Part shown: positions 1-14,118 of the stretch, one piece after another
Numbering within the stretch: the first letter of the stretch is position 1
Layout of the letters: every line of letters begins with the position of its first letter
Assembly: GCF_009914755.1 (NCBI RefSeq)
Contig: NC_060935.1
Length of the DNA: 64,000 bases
From: the human T2T-CHM13v2.0 reference genome, Homo sapiens
Strand: one strand, 5' to 3'
The notes under the pieces: generated by a model
What the model saw: only the letters and a program-made list of their open reading frames with translations
What the model was told of the DNA's origin: nothing
The model's database searches: none
Made by a program: the position numbers and the translations under genes

Positions 1-282
1 TTCATGGACTTTTTATTTGTGGATTCAAACAACCACAGATAAAACATATTTGGGAAAACAATAAAAAATGCTGCAGATAAAAAGAATACATTATAACAAC
101 TATTTCCATAGCATTTACATTGTACTAGGTATTATAAGTAATCTAAAGATGACACAAAGTATAGGAAAGAATCTGCATTTGCGCAAATACTACCCCATTT
201 TATATAAGGGACTTGAGCTTGGTATCTGCGTGTGGGGAGGTTATCCTGGAAAAAAACCTTTATGGATACCCAGAGATGACTG
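1..282 (-). mobile_element. MER2 (TcMar-Tigger) DNA transposon, truncated by window start
   Basis: The reverse complement matches the recalled MER2 5' end (CAGTC..GGTATCC..CAAGTCCCTTATATAAAATGG..GTAGTATTTGC). It ends at CTG followed by a TA target. Confidence 0.8.
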
Positions 283-284
283 TA

Positions 285-545
285 TAGATAAATGAGAGGA
301 CATTTATTAGGGGAATTGGCTCACGTGAATATGGAGGTTGAGAAGTCCATGGAAGGCTTTCTATAAGCTGGAGACTCTGGGATGCCAGTAGGTAGCATGG
401 CTCAGTGCAAATCTCAAGGCCTGAGAACCTGGGGGCTGCTGGTATAAGCCTTGAAGTTCAAAGGCTGGAGAGCTTATATCCGAGCGTAGGAGAAGAGAGA
501 TGTATCTCCGCCTCAGGAGAGGGAGAGATGGAGGGGGTGGGAGGG

Positions 546-590
<45 letters not shown>

Positions 591-802
591 ATTCATCTTT
601 CCTGTTTGTTCTATCAAGGCCTTCTGCTAATGAGTTGGTGCCTGCCCCCATTGGGGGTGGATGTTTCCCCAACTTAGTCTACCCATACTCAATTGCCAAT
701 CTCCTCAGGAAACACCCTCACAGATGCACCCAAACATAATACTTTACCAAATTTCTAGGTATTTCTAATCCAGTCAAGTTGACATTTAAAATTAACCATC
801 AA
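285..802 (-). mobile_element. MLT2B-like ERVL LTR
   Basis: Typical antisense MLT2 text: 'tttattaggggaattggctcac..gagaagtcc' and terminus 'ccagtcaagttgacatttaaaattaaccatca'. Confidence 0.75.
547..587 (+). repeat. (GA)n microsatellite inside MLT2
   Basis: Direct reading of the sequence. Confidence 0.95.
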
Positions 803-2260
803 AGGGCATTTCCATAAATGCCTTCCAGGACCACAGAATTCGATACCTTGTTTTCAGCCACTACTCAGCTTTAGGCTCAGTTCTGGGGTAGGATGGTACC
901 ACTGGGGAACTGCCTTTGTGCCTGCCAGTCAGGCTGCCTGGCTCCTGTCCACTGGCTTCTATTCCTGAATTTCATCTACATCAGAAGGAGCTCAGACCTT
1001 AGGGGAACTAGAGCCCCTAGCAAAGGTGCTGACACTCTGACAAGCAAATGCCACCTGTGCCTGATCCCAGGAACAGTCGTGATTCATGTAGCAGAGGGTG
1101 CTCAATTCTGGAGTCACCCTTGTGTTTTTGCTCATAGGAACTGTAGCATCTATGGGCTTTTAAATCTGAGAGGCTTGGAGAGACAGGGAGAATGGGGATG
1201 AGGTGGGTAGCAGAAATGGTGGATATTGCAACAACAGCTAGATGCTGCAGGCTTCTTTGCACATTGAGTACTTCTGAAATTTGAGGGAGGCTGTGTGGAT
1301 GGATGGAGCTATGAAGAATGGGCAGATTTGTCTGTTTAATGAGACACATCTTTGAAAATTCGCACAACCCCCATTCATCATGGGCATCAACAATATTCAT
1401 TTTTATAAAAGTGAGAGCTAAAGTTTACATGTGGCTTCTATGCCAGGCACCATGTATAGTGAATTATTTAAATACTGTTGTAATCATCATAATCTCCATT
1501 TTACAGATGAGGACACTGAAGTTATTTAAAACAAGAATAACATAGGATTCCAAAGCAGATAGCCCTGAGTCTCCAGTGTTGGAAGGCTTATATTTGATCT
1601 AATTATCTTTGACATGTCAACAAATGATTTCTGTGACTTAGTTGATTATAGAGCCATTGAATGTAAAAATATTTAGACATTATTATGTAATTGCTGTTAC
1701 ATCAACAGGAGCTGAGGAGAGCATTTAGCACCATAAAACAACATTGCTAATGGCAAGAGAAGCTCACATTTTAAGACTACAAATGATCATCAATTTAGAA
1801 GAGTTTGACTGTGATTGTCTGTCAAATTATGACTCAGACAAGGGCTAAATGTCAGTTACTGGCAGTTTCACAAACAGAAGATAAAACCCATAGTTTATAG
1901 TATTAGTGGAAATTATCTTATTAAATAAGCAATATTTTTTGTTACGACTTATATTACCTGGTAACCAGTTTAAAATACATACATATATGTATAGATATAT
2001 TGTTTGGTTTATCTAGAGACAAAATAGGAACAGAGGTCTAAATTTTTTCTTTATATATTAATTTATTTTTCTACACAAGTTATTGAACATTATAAATATA
2101 ATTTCTGATGATATTAGAGTTACATAGTGAATAAATCAAACAGGGAGACTAGTAGATATGAAAAAATGCATCGTAAACTGTAACATGCTCATTAATTGTA
2201 ATGGAAATAATTAATATATTAATTTACACATGCACATACTTTTTTTAAAAAGCAAGGATA

Positions 2261-2566
<306 letters not shown>

Positions 2567-2914
2567 AAGTAAGGATAAAAATAATTTAGAAATATGCTTT
2601 TGATTTATTAATATCATTGGGGCTGGGAGTCATTACTTCTCTATTAAAAAATTGAATAAATGTGGTAGTTCAACTGTGTATAGAAATGCACTTCAATTAA
2701 GGCAGTATAGCACCGTGACAATGACAAACATTTTGAAGTCACAGGGATCTAGGATTTATCTTCCTTGATCCTGATGATCTATACAAACTTAGACAACTTA
2801 TGTATTTTCCTGAGCCTTGGCTTTCATTCTTGTAACATGTGGATAACACTATATACTTTGAGAGTTAGGAACATAATGCTCCTATCAATGCCCTTAATAT
2901 ATAGATAAATATTA

Positions 2915-3050
2915 TTTTTTTCTTAAAAAAATTTTGGGGGTACATAGTAGGTATATATATTTATGGGGTACATAAAGTGTTTAGATACAGGCATGCAATG
3001 TGAAATAAGCACATCATGGAGAATGGGGTATCCATCCCCTCAAGGATTTA
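2915..3050 (-). mobile_element. L1MA (about L1MA2-4) 3' end fragment
   Basis: 'gggtacatagtaggtatatatatttatggggtaca..acaggcatgcaatgtgaaataagcacatcatggagaatggggtatccatcccctcaag' is antisense L1MA 3' UTR. Confidence 0.75.
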
Positions 3051-4563
3051 TAATATTACTATTAATTTTCAACATCTCTCATATCTTGTCTACATTCTCA
3101 AGAATATGATCTCTGGTTATTTACTTAGTTTCATTTATTACCTAAATGTAAGAAATTTATATTCTAAATAAGTTATTTTTATAATTACAAAAGCAATGTA
3201 TAGTCATGTGGAAAACTTAGCAGAGAGAAGCAAAGAAGAATAAGAATAAACATTTCTATCATCCTCAGAGAAAACCATTATTCATTTTCTCAGTCTTTTT
3301 ATGCATACATATACCTTTTAAAAATTAATTATGCTATACTCACTGTTTTGTAACCTGCTTTTTTTTCACTGAATATATATGAATATTTTTTCCATGTCAT
3401 TAAATGTTCTACATCATTTTAAATGGCTATATGCTGTCTGAATATAAAAAGCTGGGGACTTTTTGACTTGCAAAACAAATCCTCATTTTCTTTTGGCTTT
3501 GTTTTTTTGGTAGGTGAGTGGAAGCAGATAGAAATTGTTTTTAAGGTATGTTTCACGTATTTGTTTTCCCTAATGATGGTTCAGTAGTTTGAAAGATGTG
3601 ACTCAATCTGTACCTTATGCATGACAATGACAGGATTTAGTACGATAACCCTCTCAGGGAATTCGTTGCCTGCCAAGACCTAGAGCTGGAAGATTTACTG
3701 ATGCTAGAGGGTTGGCTATCAACAGGAGTCACATGAAAGGCATAGAGTTACTGTCTATATTTCAGTTACTCTCTGCAGGAATGCCTGCCTTCCACTCTGC
3801 ATCAGCCACCTCTGGTTGTCTGAAATATGCAAACCAGCAAGTGACAAATGCTTTTTAGAAAAAGTACAATTGCATTCAAATTGAAAATGGAGGAAGTCGA
3901 TCAAAGAAGAAAGGAAGAAAGGCATTAAAAATTAATCATCGCAGGGCCATAAAGTCAGCTGTGAACCTTTAGCAATAAAAAATTAAATGAAGAAGAAGTT
4001 AATGTTTTAAACAGAGATTTAAATTTTCCAGGGGAGAACTTGATAGCTGCACTGGATTGGGGAGCTGGCAAAATTTACAGGGGAAGCCCTAGTGTCTGGT
4101 CCCACTAGAGGCTGCAGAAAGCATAAAGCAGTCATCAAATAAAACATCATTTATATTATTTAGTATCATTGTGCAAAACCTTGGTTGTAAAAGGAAATGG
4201 CACTTTTGACCGACTGAGAATATTTTTCTATTCAGAACAGATTATAGTGGCAAAAAGTGGAGGAATGCTAACAAAATACATCACTGCCAAGAGAAGCCCA
4301 GAGGAAATATTATAGAAATATTTAATATTAGAGAGTTGTAGGGCTCAAGTAATAATGTTTATCTATCTTTCTTGTTCAAGTCACAAGCCCTAAATCCGTA
4401 TCTGGGATTATGTGTTCATTGATAGGTTGTCTCTGGGTAGGCTTAATAAATGATCAGGTTTTTGGACCCAAAAGGAAAGTTGAATCACATTTATTATAGT
4501 TTCTGAGCAAAGTTAGCAAGTATTTTTGGGTGTTTCTGACACATTCTTAAAAATTGGGATTGA

Positions 4564-4872
<309 letters not shown>

Positions 4873-5879
4873 AAAAATTGGGATTGAAATGATAAAGGTA
4901 TTAAGACATTGCGGTGTGGTGGTAGAACTGGTTTTGGCTGCAAAGATATTTCTGCTTGAATCTTGGCTTTGCCACTTACTATCAAACTCTGAAGAAATCA
5001 CTCCTATTTTTTGAGCTTTGGTTTCTTGATCTGTTGAAGGGGAATAGAAATAATAGTATTCCCTTCACGGGGTGGTGATTATGGTGATTGAAATATTAGA
5101 TGCAGCAAATGTAACATCGATCTGTGTATACAGTAAGTCTTCAGTAAATGGCACCTTCTTACCCCATTCTTTTGCTAAAGTAACCACATAGAGGTCAGAT
5201 AAAAGTGTGGAAAATGTTTGGAGGATATAGCCTCGATGATTTGTCATACCACAGCCTTGGAATTCCAGCTTAGTACTACCTTATGGCATGTAGGTATTTT
5301 GATCACTTTCTGGAGATCCCCCCAAATTTTTAGGGGTCTTTTCATTGGCATTCTAGAGACATTGGCTGTGAGTACCTTGGATGTGTAGGATATGACAGCA
5401 ATATCGTCTGACTTTTCTCTTCAGATCCTGGTCAGTTGGCGGGGGCAGGGGGGCAGAAATACTCAGCAGGATAATCTGAGCAAGGTCTCCTACCAGTTCA
5501 ACTTCCCTGGATTTACTTACAGAAATATATTATTAATACTTAGCAACCCCAGGAAGAAATGTTCCAGCTGTTGAGAGAAATTAACACTTATTTAGCTATT
5601 TTTTTAAAGCTCATTAAAGTTTATGGCACTCTCGTTTGTGTACTGATGCTGTTTCAGGGCTGAACTGTCAATCTTCAGTTAAAGGAAGCAGCTGGAATGT
5701 TGAAGGATGTTGACTTTCAGATTATTAGTGTGTCAGATAAGAATAACACAAATAACTATTTGCAATTGTTATAGTCCTTTTATTCCCAGCATTCTTTCAA
5801 ATGAGTTATGTCCAATTCCTTCCTTTTCCTCTAGGAAGCTGGCCTTTTGCACATTTGTGAGACTTGCCCTCTGAGTACA

Positions 5880-6680
5880 TTCCCTCTTCCATCTTTCTGA
5901 GTTTAATGCCACTATGATCCACTAAATCACCCAAACCAGTAACCTCAGTGTCATTCTATATGCCTCCTGAAAACAAGTGGTCAACAAATCCTATCAAATC
6001 TAGTTCCTGAAATAAGTCTATCTTCCATTACCATGAACACTGCCTTAGTTCAGATCGTCAGCATCTCTTGATATATACTTCAACAGCCTTTATACTGGGC
6101 TCCTTTTCTTTAATCTTTACCTTTTCTAATCAATAATATCCAAGAATATTATTTTTAGAAGGAATATATGACTATGTCACCTTTTTGCTTACAAACCATT
6201 CAGTGAGTCCAATTTTGCCCCTCTCTATTTGGCCTACTACCTTTCCCCTTCTTGCTTCTTAATTGTCAATGCCTGAATCATACAGAATTACCTGTAGGTC
6301 TCCAATCAGTCATGCTTTTTCATGCCTTCATTCCCTCAGCCTGAAATATGCCCCTTTCAGTTTATCCTCTATTGAGAACTGACAGAGATAGCTCACAGGA
6401 CACTTTGTTTCCAGGACCCATTCAGTGACTTTATTCTTATCTTTCTACCTTTCCCTCATCATGTTCTGTGATTCCAAAACAATGGATATACTCAGAGGTT
6501 ATAGCACTTATGTATGCACTGTACTGATTCCAAGCTTATTTACTCCCACTGTCCTGCAGACTCCTTGAATATAGGAGTGGCGTCTCTTTATGTTAATTGC
6601 TAGGCATTTAGACATTGTGCATAGTAGATGCTACATAATACATGATTGAATGATTGGATAGATGGATGATGAATGAGCAT
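5880..6680 (+). mobile_element. L2 (LINE-2) 3' fragment, highly diverged
   Basis: Pyrimidine-rich L2-like text ending in 'gcatagtagatgc..tgattgaatgattggatagatggatgatgaatga', resembling the L2 3' tail. Confidence 0.55.
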
Positions 6681-6996
6681 GAACTACTGTTGTTTTCTTT
6701 TGGTGTCTCTCTTTCCCTCACCAACAAATCATCATGACTCTTCCTTTCCTCATCTAAATCCTCCTTTTCTCTGTACTAATTTTAATAGCTGTTAGGAACC
6801 AAACATTTGAATTTAAACCACTTCATTCTAAGTTGTGAATGACTCACCACCCCCACACTTTCTATTTTTAAAAAAGTAATTTCTACTTCTAGTTTTAAAA
6901 AGAAGGCATAAATTCCTAGGTGAGATTTCAACAAAGATATTAGGCTGGAGGACATGTAGCTTTGAGCTTTCAGTTTACTCCCTATATGTACCCTTA

Positions 6997-7640
<644 letters not shown>

Positions 7641-8659
7641 ATTCAGCTACCATGCTAGGCAAGTACCGTGACTTTACAGAGAAATAAATTCAGAGAGCAA
7701 ATGCAACAACAGGAACTCAAGGAGGATATGGGAACATTTTATCAACTGTAAATGGAGTGATCATAATAATGATCAATAATAATTATGGCTTCTGGTACAT
7801 CAGGCACTCTGCTCAGCACTTTCTATCATTTATCCATGCATAGTCAATCTTCAAAAAAACTTTAAGTAGAATATGAAGAGGAGAAAATGAACTTAGAAAA
7901 CTGAACTCAGAAAGTGACTTGCTCAAATTACTCAGTTAATAAACAAGGAATTTAATAAATGTTCCAGTGATGACCACTCCTATTTTATCAATGTTATTGA
8001 AAAAAAAATACCCCACAAAAACCCTGAGGCTCAGTGTAGACTTATTTTAATAAAGCCTTCCTATGTATATATTTTGTTTCTATTATTGGAGCCATCATAC
8101 TTGGAAGTCTGCAATTTCAAGGGCTTTTCTACTTTGGGTTGTGCAATCCACATTGCTATTCCCCTGAGCTTTCAGGTAATGTTTGTATTTCTTTTCAGAA
8201 GAGAAAACCTAAGTGCTATTTCAAGAAATTGCCTGTAAGTAAAAGGCACTGAGACCTGTTGATGTGCATTTGTTCCAGTTCTCTAAATATCCCCTTTATT
8301 GGTCTTGATAGACGGCTAATTCCTTACAGGCTCCATTACTTCTAACTTGTACAGATGTCTTTTCTTTCTTTTCAGGGTTGTGATAGCTTTAAGGAATGAG
8401 GTCAGTATTTCAAAGGCATAATTAATTTAGCATGCCTCCTCCTTCATTAGGAGGCTCATTTTCTCTTGAGCCTCTCTCTCTCAGTATGTTTGCAAAGCGC
8501 TTCTTCATTCTCCTTAATTCCTTTTGTGAGCACAAACTCACTTTTCTTTTTTCTTTTTTTTAGGTTTCTGACCCTGTTTTCATTCTTTAAGATCCTCAAC
8601 CTCACAGAGAGCATAAATTCTTCTTAAATTTTTTCTTCTATCTTCAGTTGCAATTTTTC

Positions 8660-8662
8660 TAT

Positions 8663-8694
<32 letters not shown>

Positions 8695-8996
8695 TTTATT
8701 TGTTTATTTATTTTTGAGGTGGAGTCTTGCTCTGGTTGCCCAGGCTGTAGTGCAGTGTCATGATCTTGGCTCACTGCAAACTCTGCCTCCTGGGTTCAAG
8801 TGATTCTCCCATTCAGCCTTCTGAGTAGCTTGGACTACAGGCGTGAGCCACCATGCCCAGCCAAATTTTGTATTTTAGTAGAGGTGGGATTTCACCATGT
8901 TGGCCAGGCTGGTCTCGAGCTCCTGACCTCAGGTGATGTGCCCATCTCGGCCTCCCAAAGTGCTGGGATTACAGGCATGAGCCCCTGCGCCCAACC
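8660..8996 (-). mobile_element. AluS (Sx/Sz-like) with (TTTA)n tail microsatellite
   Basis: Antisense Alu dimer. Tail at 8660-8715. Confidence 0.92.
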
Positions 8997-9761
8997 CAGT
9001 TTCAGATTAGGTATTGAAAAACTGGGTTCAATTAAAATAAGTTAGTTTGGTAGGAGCCTTGAGTTTCTCAAGCCAAGAAGAGCTTCTCCCCTGATGTGAA
9101 AAGGTGGCTTGCTTGAGCTTGTTCCGTTTATGAAAAGCAAAATTCAGTGCTTCCCTCTTCTCTAGGTGTCACTGACCTACAGATGTGTGGGAAAAGTGGA
9201 GCAATGGAAATTTGTTCAGAAAAAGCATATTCCAATTAGAAAAGATAGGCCAAGAGAAGACATTGATATGATGACAGAAAAAAGATCACCCTGGATCACT
9301 GAATAGCCAACTCCTTGCTGTGTCTTTCTGAAATGTGTGATTTGGGGTTACCCATGATTTTCTTACTTTTGAGGAGGACTTGACCGGAGAAAATTATAAT
9401 GTGGTGACATAATTTTTCCTGATGGACATGATGTGTAGATAAAGGATCTTGTTACCCTCTCCTTTTGGCACAGTTAGCTCTCCAAAGAGGCAAAATACAA
9501 ATAAATCCCAATTTTAGACCAGCCAGGCATTTCTAGGTAATTTACGTGTTAGGTCCCTTAATTTAATCCTCCCAGCTGTACCAGGGTCATCTTATTCCTA
9601 TTTTATAGATAAGGAGTAAGGGGTTCAGAAAATTTCAAAAAATTTATCAAGAATTCACCAGTAATAAGTGGTGAGACCAGGATCTGGTCCAAGGGTTATC
9701 TGATGCCAAAGCCAGGCTCCTTTTCAGCAAACCATCACTCTTAAGCCAAGCTGCTTAGCAT

Positions 9762-10313
9762 TGCATGGCAGATGCATCTGATAGCAATAGCTTAACTTAA
9801 GCGTAACTTGAGGATGACCTTTTGTGGCAGATGGACCCGAATGTGTGTTTGGAGTTCTGAGCTAAGGAAGCTGGGTGTGGCTATCCTGTAGATTATTCCT
9901 TAGCTATGAAGAACTTCTGTATTTTGAGTCTTGTCTGATGGAATGTGAGATGTACAGGGGATTGAGGATCAAAGTCCCTTTCTGGGTTAAATGAAATGAA
10001 GGTTGCCGGGGGAGGCTGTTAGGGGCAGGGTGCTAAAAGAAAATGCTATATAGACTGCATGCTTTTCGCAAGTGGTTGTGGTTCTCCTGCCCAGCTCCCT
10101 GCCACTGCATCATATGATTCTCTTGCCCAGCCCATGGTCACTGAGCTGTACAGTTCTCCCGATCAGCCTGCTGCCACTCAACTGCCCCTGTGTGTAAGTT
10201 TCCTGTTAATGAAACTCTTTGTCTCCTTTGCTTAGCTGCTTGGCCCCAGGTCTTCTTTGGCCTCTTGAACCTGGTGATGTCTCTATTAAAGTTAATAAGG
10301 GTCTAGCATGTCA
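9762..10313 (+). mobile_element. 5' LTR (LTR47-like)
   Basis: Starts TGCATGGCAGA and ends GCATGTCA. TATA-like 'gctatataga' at about 10047. Colinear with 14983-15459. Confidence 0.88.
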
Positions 10314-10315
10314 AT

Positions 10316-10333
10316 TGGCGAGCCAGCCAGGAG
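10316..10333 (+). promoter_or_regulatory. Primer binding site complementary to tRNA-Arg(ACG)
   Basis: TGGCGAGCCAGCCAGGAG is the reverse complement of ..CTCCTGGCTGGCTCG-CCA, the recalled 3' end of human tRNA-Arg-ACG. It begins 2 nt after the LTR. Confidence 0.85.
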
Positions 10334-10399
10334 GGTGGAGAAAATCCTGTGAGCATTGAGACAATGGAGTCGGGGAAGGGAAATCTTCAGGGGACATCC

Positions 10400-11786
10400 T
10401 GAGCTGGCTGTCCATGTCTATGTGGGGCGCTATAACCGCTCTCTTTGATGAATGGGGCCCACTGAGTATGTGAATCCCTCCAAAATGCTGAAGGGTCTGG
10501 AATAGTTGTTGCAGGGGACAGATCTGACTGAAGGAGGGTCAGTTGCCCGAGCTGTGGCAGCTGCAGTTGGCTGCTGCTTGTGACTGAGCACTGAGCAGCC
10601 ATGGAGGCTGATTTTGCAGCACAGATGAGGGTTTATCAGTTACAGGACAAACTGCAGTTAGAAAGGGATGCTAGATTAGTTAGGGCTGAAACATCCAAGA
10701 CCTTACTGTCCCGGGACCTGTGGGCACGGAATGACAAAGTGGAGACCCTGGCTTGTCAGGTAGCTCGTTTGAAGGGTTGCCAGCATAAGGACTAAGCAAT
10801 CCTGGGACTGTAAGTCCTGGGACCTAATGGAGGGCTGTAGTGGGGAGGAGGGTGAAGATTGGGACAAGCTCATAGAGGTTCCCATCTTCATCTTCTCTGT
10901 GCATCTAATGGTCATCACCAAAATAAAAGTAGACCAACTGCTCCCACAGGGTGTAGCCCCACAAGACTTGTCCCTAACTAAAAGATGGCAGCACGCTGCA
11001 ATGCAGGACTACACCACTGTACAATTGGTGGAGCTGGAAAATAGGCTCAGACAGAAGGGGAGAGAGTTGATCAAGGGTGGCTCCTCCATCTATGGGACAT
11101 AGGGATGGAGGGTATGAGAGTTTCTGTACTCCCAATGAATAAAATGGCATCCATCACAAACCAGCTAGCCCTGAGGCAGCACCTTTTTGGTGCCAGTAAT
11201 GGGGATCAGGCTATCACCCTCTGCTGGGTGGTTGACAGCTTTAAGGCAGCCTGGCCAAATGAGGGGGAAGTCCCCACATCTCCTTTGCGATGGCAGAGTA
11301 TGGAGGAATTGTGAGACATCCTCTGGGAATTAGGAATGGGGCATGCAATCTACATTGAGCATTACAAAGGTCCCAATCATGAGCTTTTCACTGCTGGCAC
11401 AAAAGAAGCCATCTCCCATTCGGCACACAACCCAACCAATTGATACTGTGTGTTAATGTCTATCCTGGACCTCTTGGTAGGACAGCTAGTGTTTTGGGTG
11501 ACCACTGACTTAGGGGAGACAGGCAAACTGTGTAGACAAGGGGTGTGTGCTGCTGGAATGAAAGACAGAGGAGCCAAAGGAAAGGAGACAATGGTCTCAT
11601 CAGGATGGTCTGCCCACAGATGTGCCCACAGATGTGGTGTGGTCTGGTAGTGGCAGGAATGCTTACTGCAAGAGCGGATGGACTATGGCAGAAGCTTAAG
11701 CCAGAATAGCACTTCCCTAAGGAGCCTCACGCCCGGCCCACTGCCCCTCCTGCAAAGGGAGGCAGGCACCAGCCCCTTTAGACTAG
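10400..11786 (+). pseudogene. gag remnant, frameshifted
   Basis: Broken ORF pieces lie between the PBS and the protease (coiled-coil-like MEADFAAQMRVYQLQDKLQLER.., KAAWPNEGEVP..RWQSMEEL). Ends at GAC TAG (11781-11786). Confidence 0.6.
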
Positions 11787-12200
11787 GGGGAAGATGGCCC
11801 TGGAGTCCTGATAGAAGCAGTGGTGGCTGGGGTGTCCAGGGACTGGAGACCACTTGTAGAACTAACCATATATTGGTCACCAAAGAATAAACAGACTATT
11901 CTTGCCCTAGTAGATACTGGAGCTGAATGTACTCGTATATGGTAAAATTCATTGGTTCCAAAAGATCTTTAACAGCATAGATGGTTATGGACGGGGCCAT
12001 GGAAGTCAGACAGGTTGAATTAGTATTACAAGTTAGGAGACTAACATCAAAACCCTATTTAGTATACATAGCTCCCATCCCGGGGTACATCTTGGGAATT
12101 GATAACCTGTCATGCTTGACCCTCTAAACAACTGTTGGGGCATTTGGATTGAGAGTTAGGATGGTGAAGAGTGTGATCAGGGGAAACGCGAAGTAGACAC
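11787..12200 (+). pseudogene. Retroviral aspartic protease remnant
   Basis: In frame after the TAG: ..RDWRPLVELTIYWSPKNKQTILALVDTGAECT, with the DTG active site at 11913-11921. Confidence 0.85.
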
Positions 12201-12229
12201 TGGTACTGTTGAAATACTGCCTGCTGGAG

Positions 12230-13640
12230 TGTGGGTCGGGATGTGCGTGATGAAATGATGGGGAATGTTAGGGAGTTAGCCTGGGTAAGCAGTATAAGGC
12301 CAGTGCACAGCCCGTACAACAGCCCTGTGTGGCCCATGTGGAAGCCTGATGGGACATGGAGAATGATAGTAGATTGCCAGGAATTAAGTTGGTCCCCTCA
12401 GTGTATGCCACTGTTCCCAATGTTGCCTGTCTTCTGACAAGGGTAGGAGAGGTGCTGGGCAAATGTTATTTTGCTATAGATTTAGCCAACCCTTTTTCAG
12501 CATCCTCATTGCCCCAGAGAGTCAAGACCAATTTGCATTCACCTGGGAAGAACAGTGGACCTTTACCGTCTTACCCCAAGGATACCACCCTGGCGAGTTT
12601 TTCCATTAACTTCTGAGTCTTTTTCGAGCTTATAAATTGCAGTCCCCACCTTGCTGTCCCACTTGGCAAGCAGAGGATGGGTGATCAACACAATGTCCAG
12701 GGTCTAGGCTTGTCAGTCAAATATTTGGGTGTCATCTGGTCAGGCAAGACCATAGTCATTCAGTCCGCTGTTATGGATCAGGTGCATGCCCACCAACGTC
12801 CTACCACATCAAAGTAGTTGCAAACCTTCTTAGGCCCTCTAGGATATAGGCATCCTTTTATTCACCATTTGGCCCAACTCCTTAGGCCTATATACCACTG
12901 GGACTGGGTCCACAGAGGAAGATGAGGTCTCTGAAAACTTGTGGTGGAATAAACATAAGCCTTGGGAGTTCTAGTGCAGGGACAGCCATGTGAACTGGAT
13001 GTAGCCAGTTACCCTGAGGAGTTTAGGTGGGGCCTGTGGCAAAGGCAAGGACATAAACATATGCCTTTGAGATTCTGGTCTTAACTATGTAAGGGGGCTG
13101 AATTTAGATGTAGTGCCATGGAACAGCAACTCTGCACTACATACCATGCCTTACAACAAATGCAGGGCATTGCAAAGGGGGTGCTAGTATGCACTCAGCA
13201 CCTTATAGCAGGTTGGCTGAAGGATACCTTCCAGAAACCAAAGTCTGGGAATGCCAGACACAAACTGTGGCCAAATGACATACATATTTGCAACAGAGGA
13301 GCACATTAACCAATTACACCTTGAGCACAGAGCTCCAATTGTGCTTGGTCCTGTCACCTGTATGAGAACTGAAGGACAGTCTTTGATGGAGGCCACTGAA
13401 CCTCACAGATTCCCTCCTTCATATGGAGGGACAAAGTCCAATTCATAACTAGGGCTGGTACATACATGGCTCATGGTAAGGCAATTCTTGCGCTTGGACA
13501 TCTGTAGCCATCCAGCCATCCACTGATAGTTCCTGGCTTGATACAGGCAAAGGACACAGTAGCCAATGGGGTGAGCTATGAGCCACCTGGATGGTCTTCC
13601 CCCATGAGCTGGACCCAAGAGTCCTGTGCACTGGTAGCTG
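12230..13640 (+). pseudogene. Reverse transcriptase / tether / RNase H remnant
   Basis: RT motifs SPYNSPVWPMWKPDGTWRMIVD, YFAIDLANPF, FAFTW..WTFTVLPQGY and VKYLGVIWSG. RNase H motifs WYIHGS and HSSQWGEL. Many stops and frameshifts. Confidence 0.85.
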
Positions 13641-13649
13641 GGCCATCTT

Positions 13650-14118
13650 CAAGGGACTCATCATATGGCTGCTACAATGAGAAGCACAGGAACGCTCCAG
13701 GCCCTTGCCATATGATACTGGACCCCTCAGCTGGGGTTAGAGCCCATGATAGCAGGTAACTACATAGGACTTTTTTCCTCTATCCGATAGCTGCAGCTTT
13801 GCCTTGACTTGTGCAGACACCTGCACAGGGCTGCTGCAGATGTATCCCAGCAAAAGTGCCATCCAGAAAACCATCATAAAAGAACTAGAGCAGCCGTGTG
13901 TAGCCTATGGCATCCCCGCTGATATCAACAGTGACCAGGGCTCGCACTTTACTGGACATAAAGTGCAGGGATGGGTGGAGGCCCTGGATATCCACTGGCA
14001 TTTCCACCTGCCAAACAACTCTACAGCAGCAGGGCTGACTGAACAGATGAATGAGCTGTTGAAGCAACAACTCTGGCAGGAGATGCTGCTTACCATCAGC
14101 CACCTGCACCCTGAATGA
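13650..14118 (+). pseudogene. Integrase remnant
   Basis: Core ..ALTCADTCTGLL..YGIPADINSDQGSHFTG..WHFHLPNNSTAAGLTEQMNELLK, a DDE core with the SDQG motif. Confidence 0.9.

Noticed and set aside
361-672. ORFs of 103 aa and 61 aa with SLSLSL / ERERER runs
   Set aside because: Translation of the (GA)n microsatellite inside an LTR.
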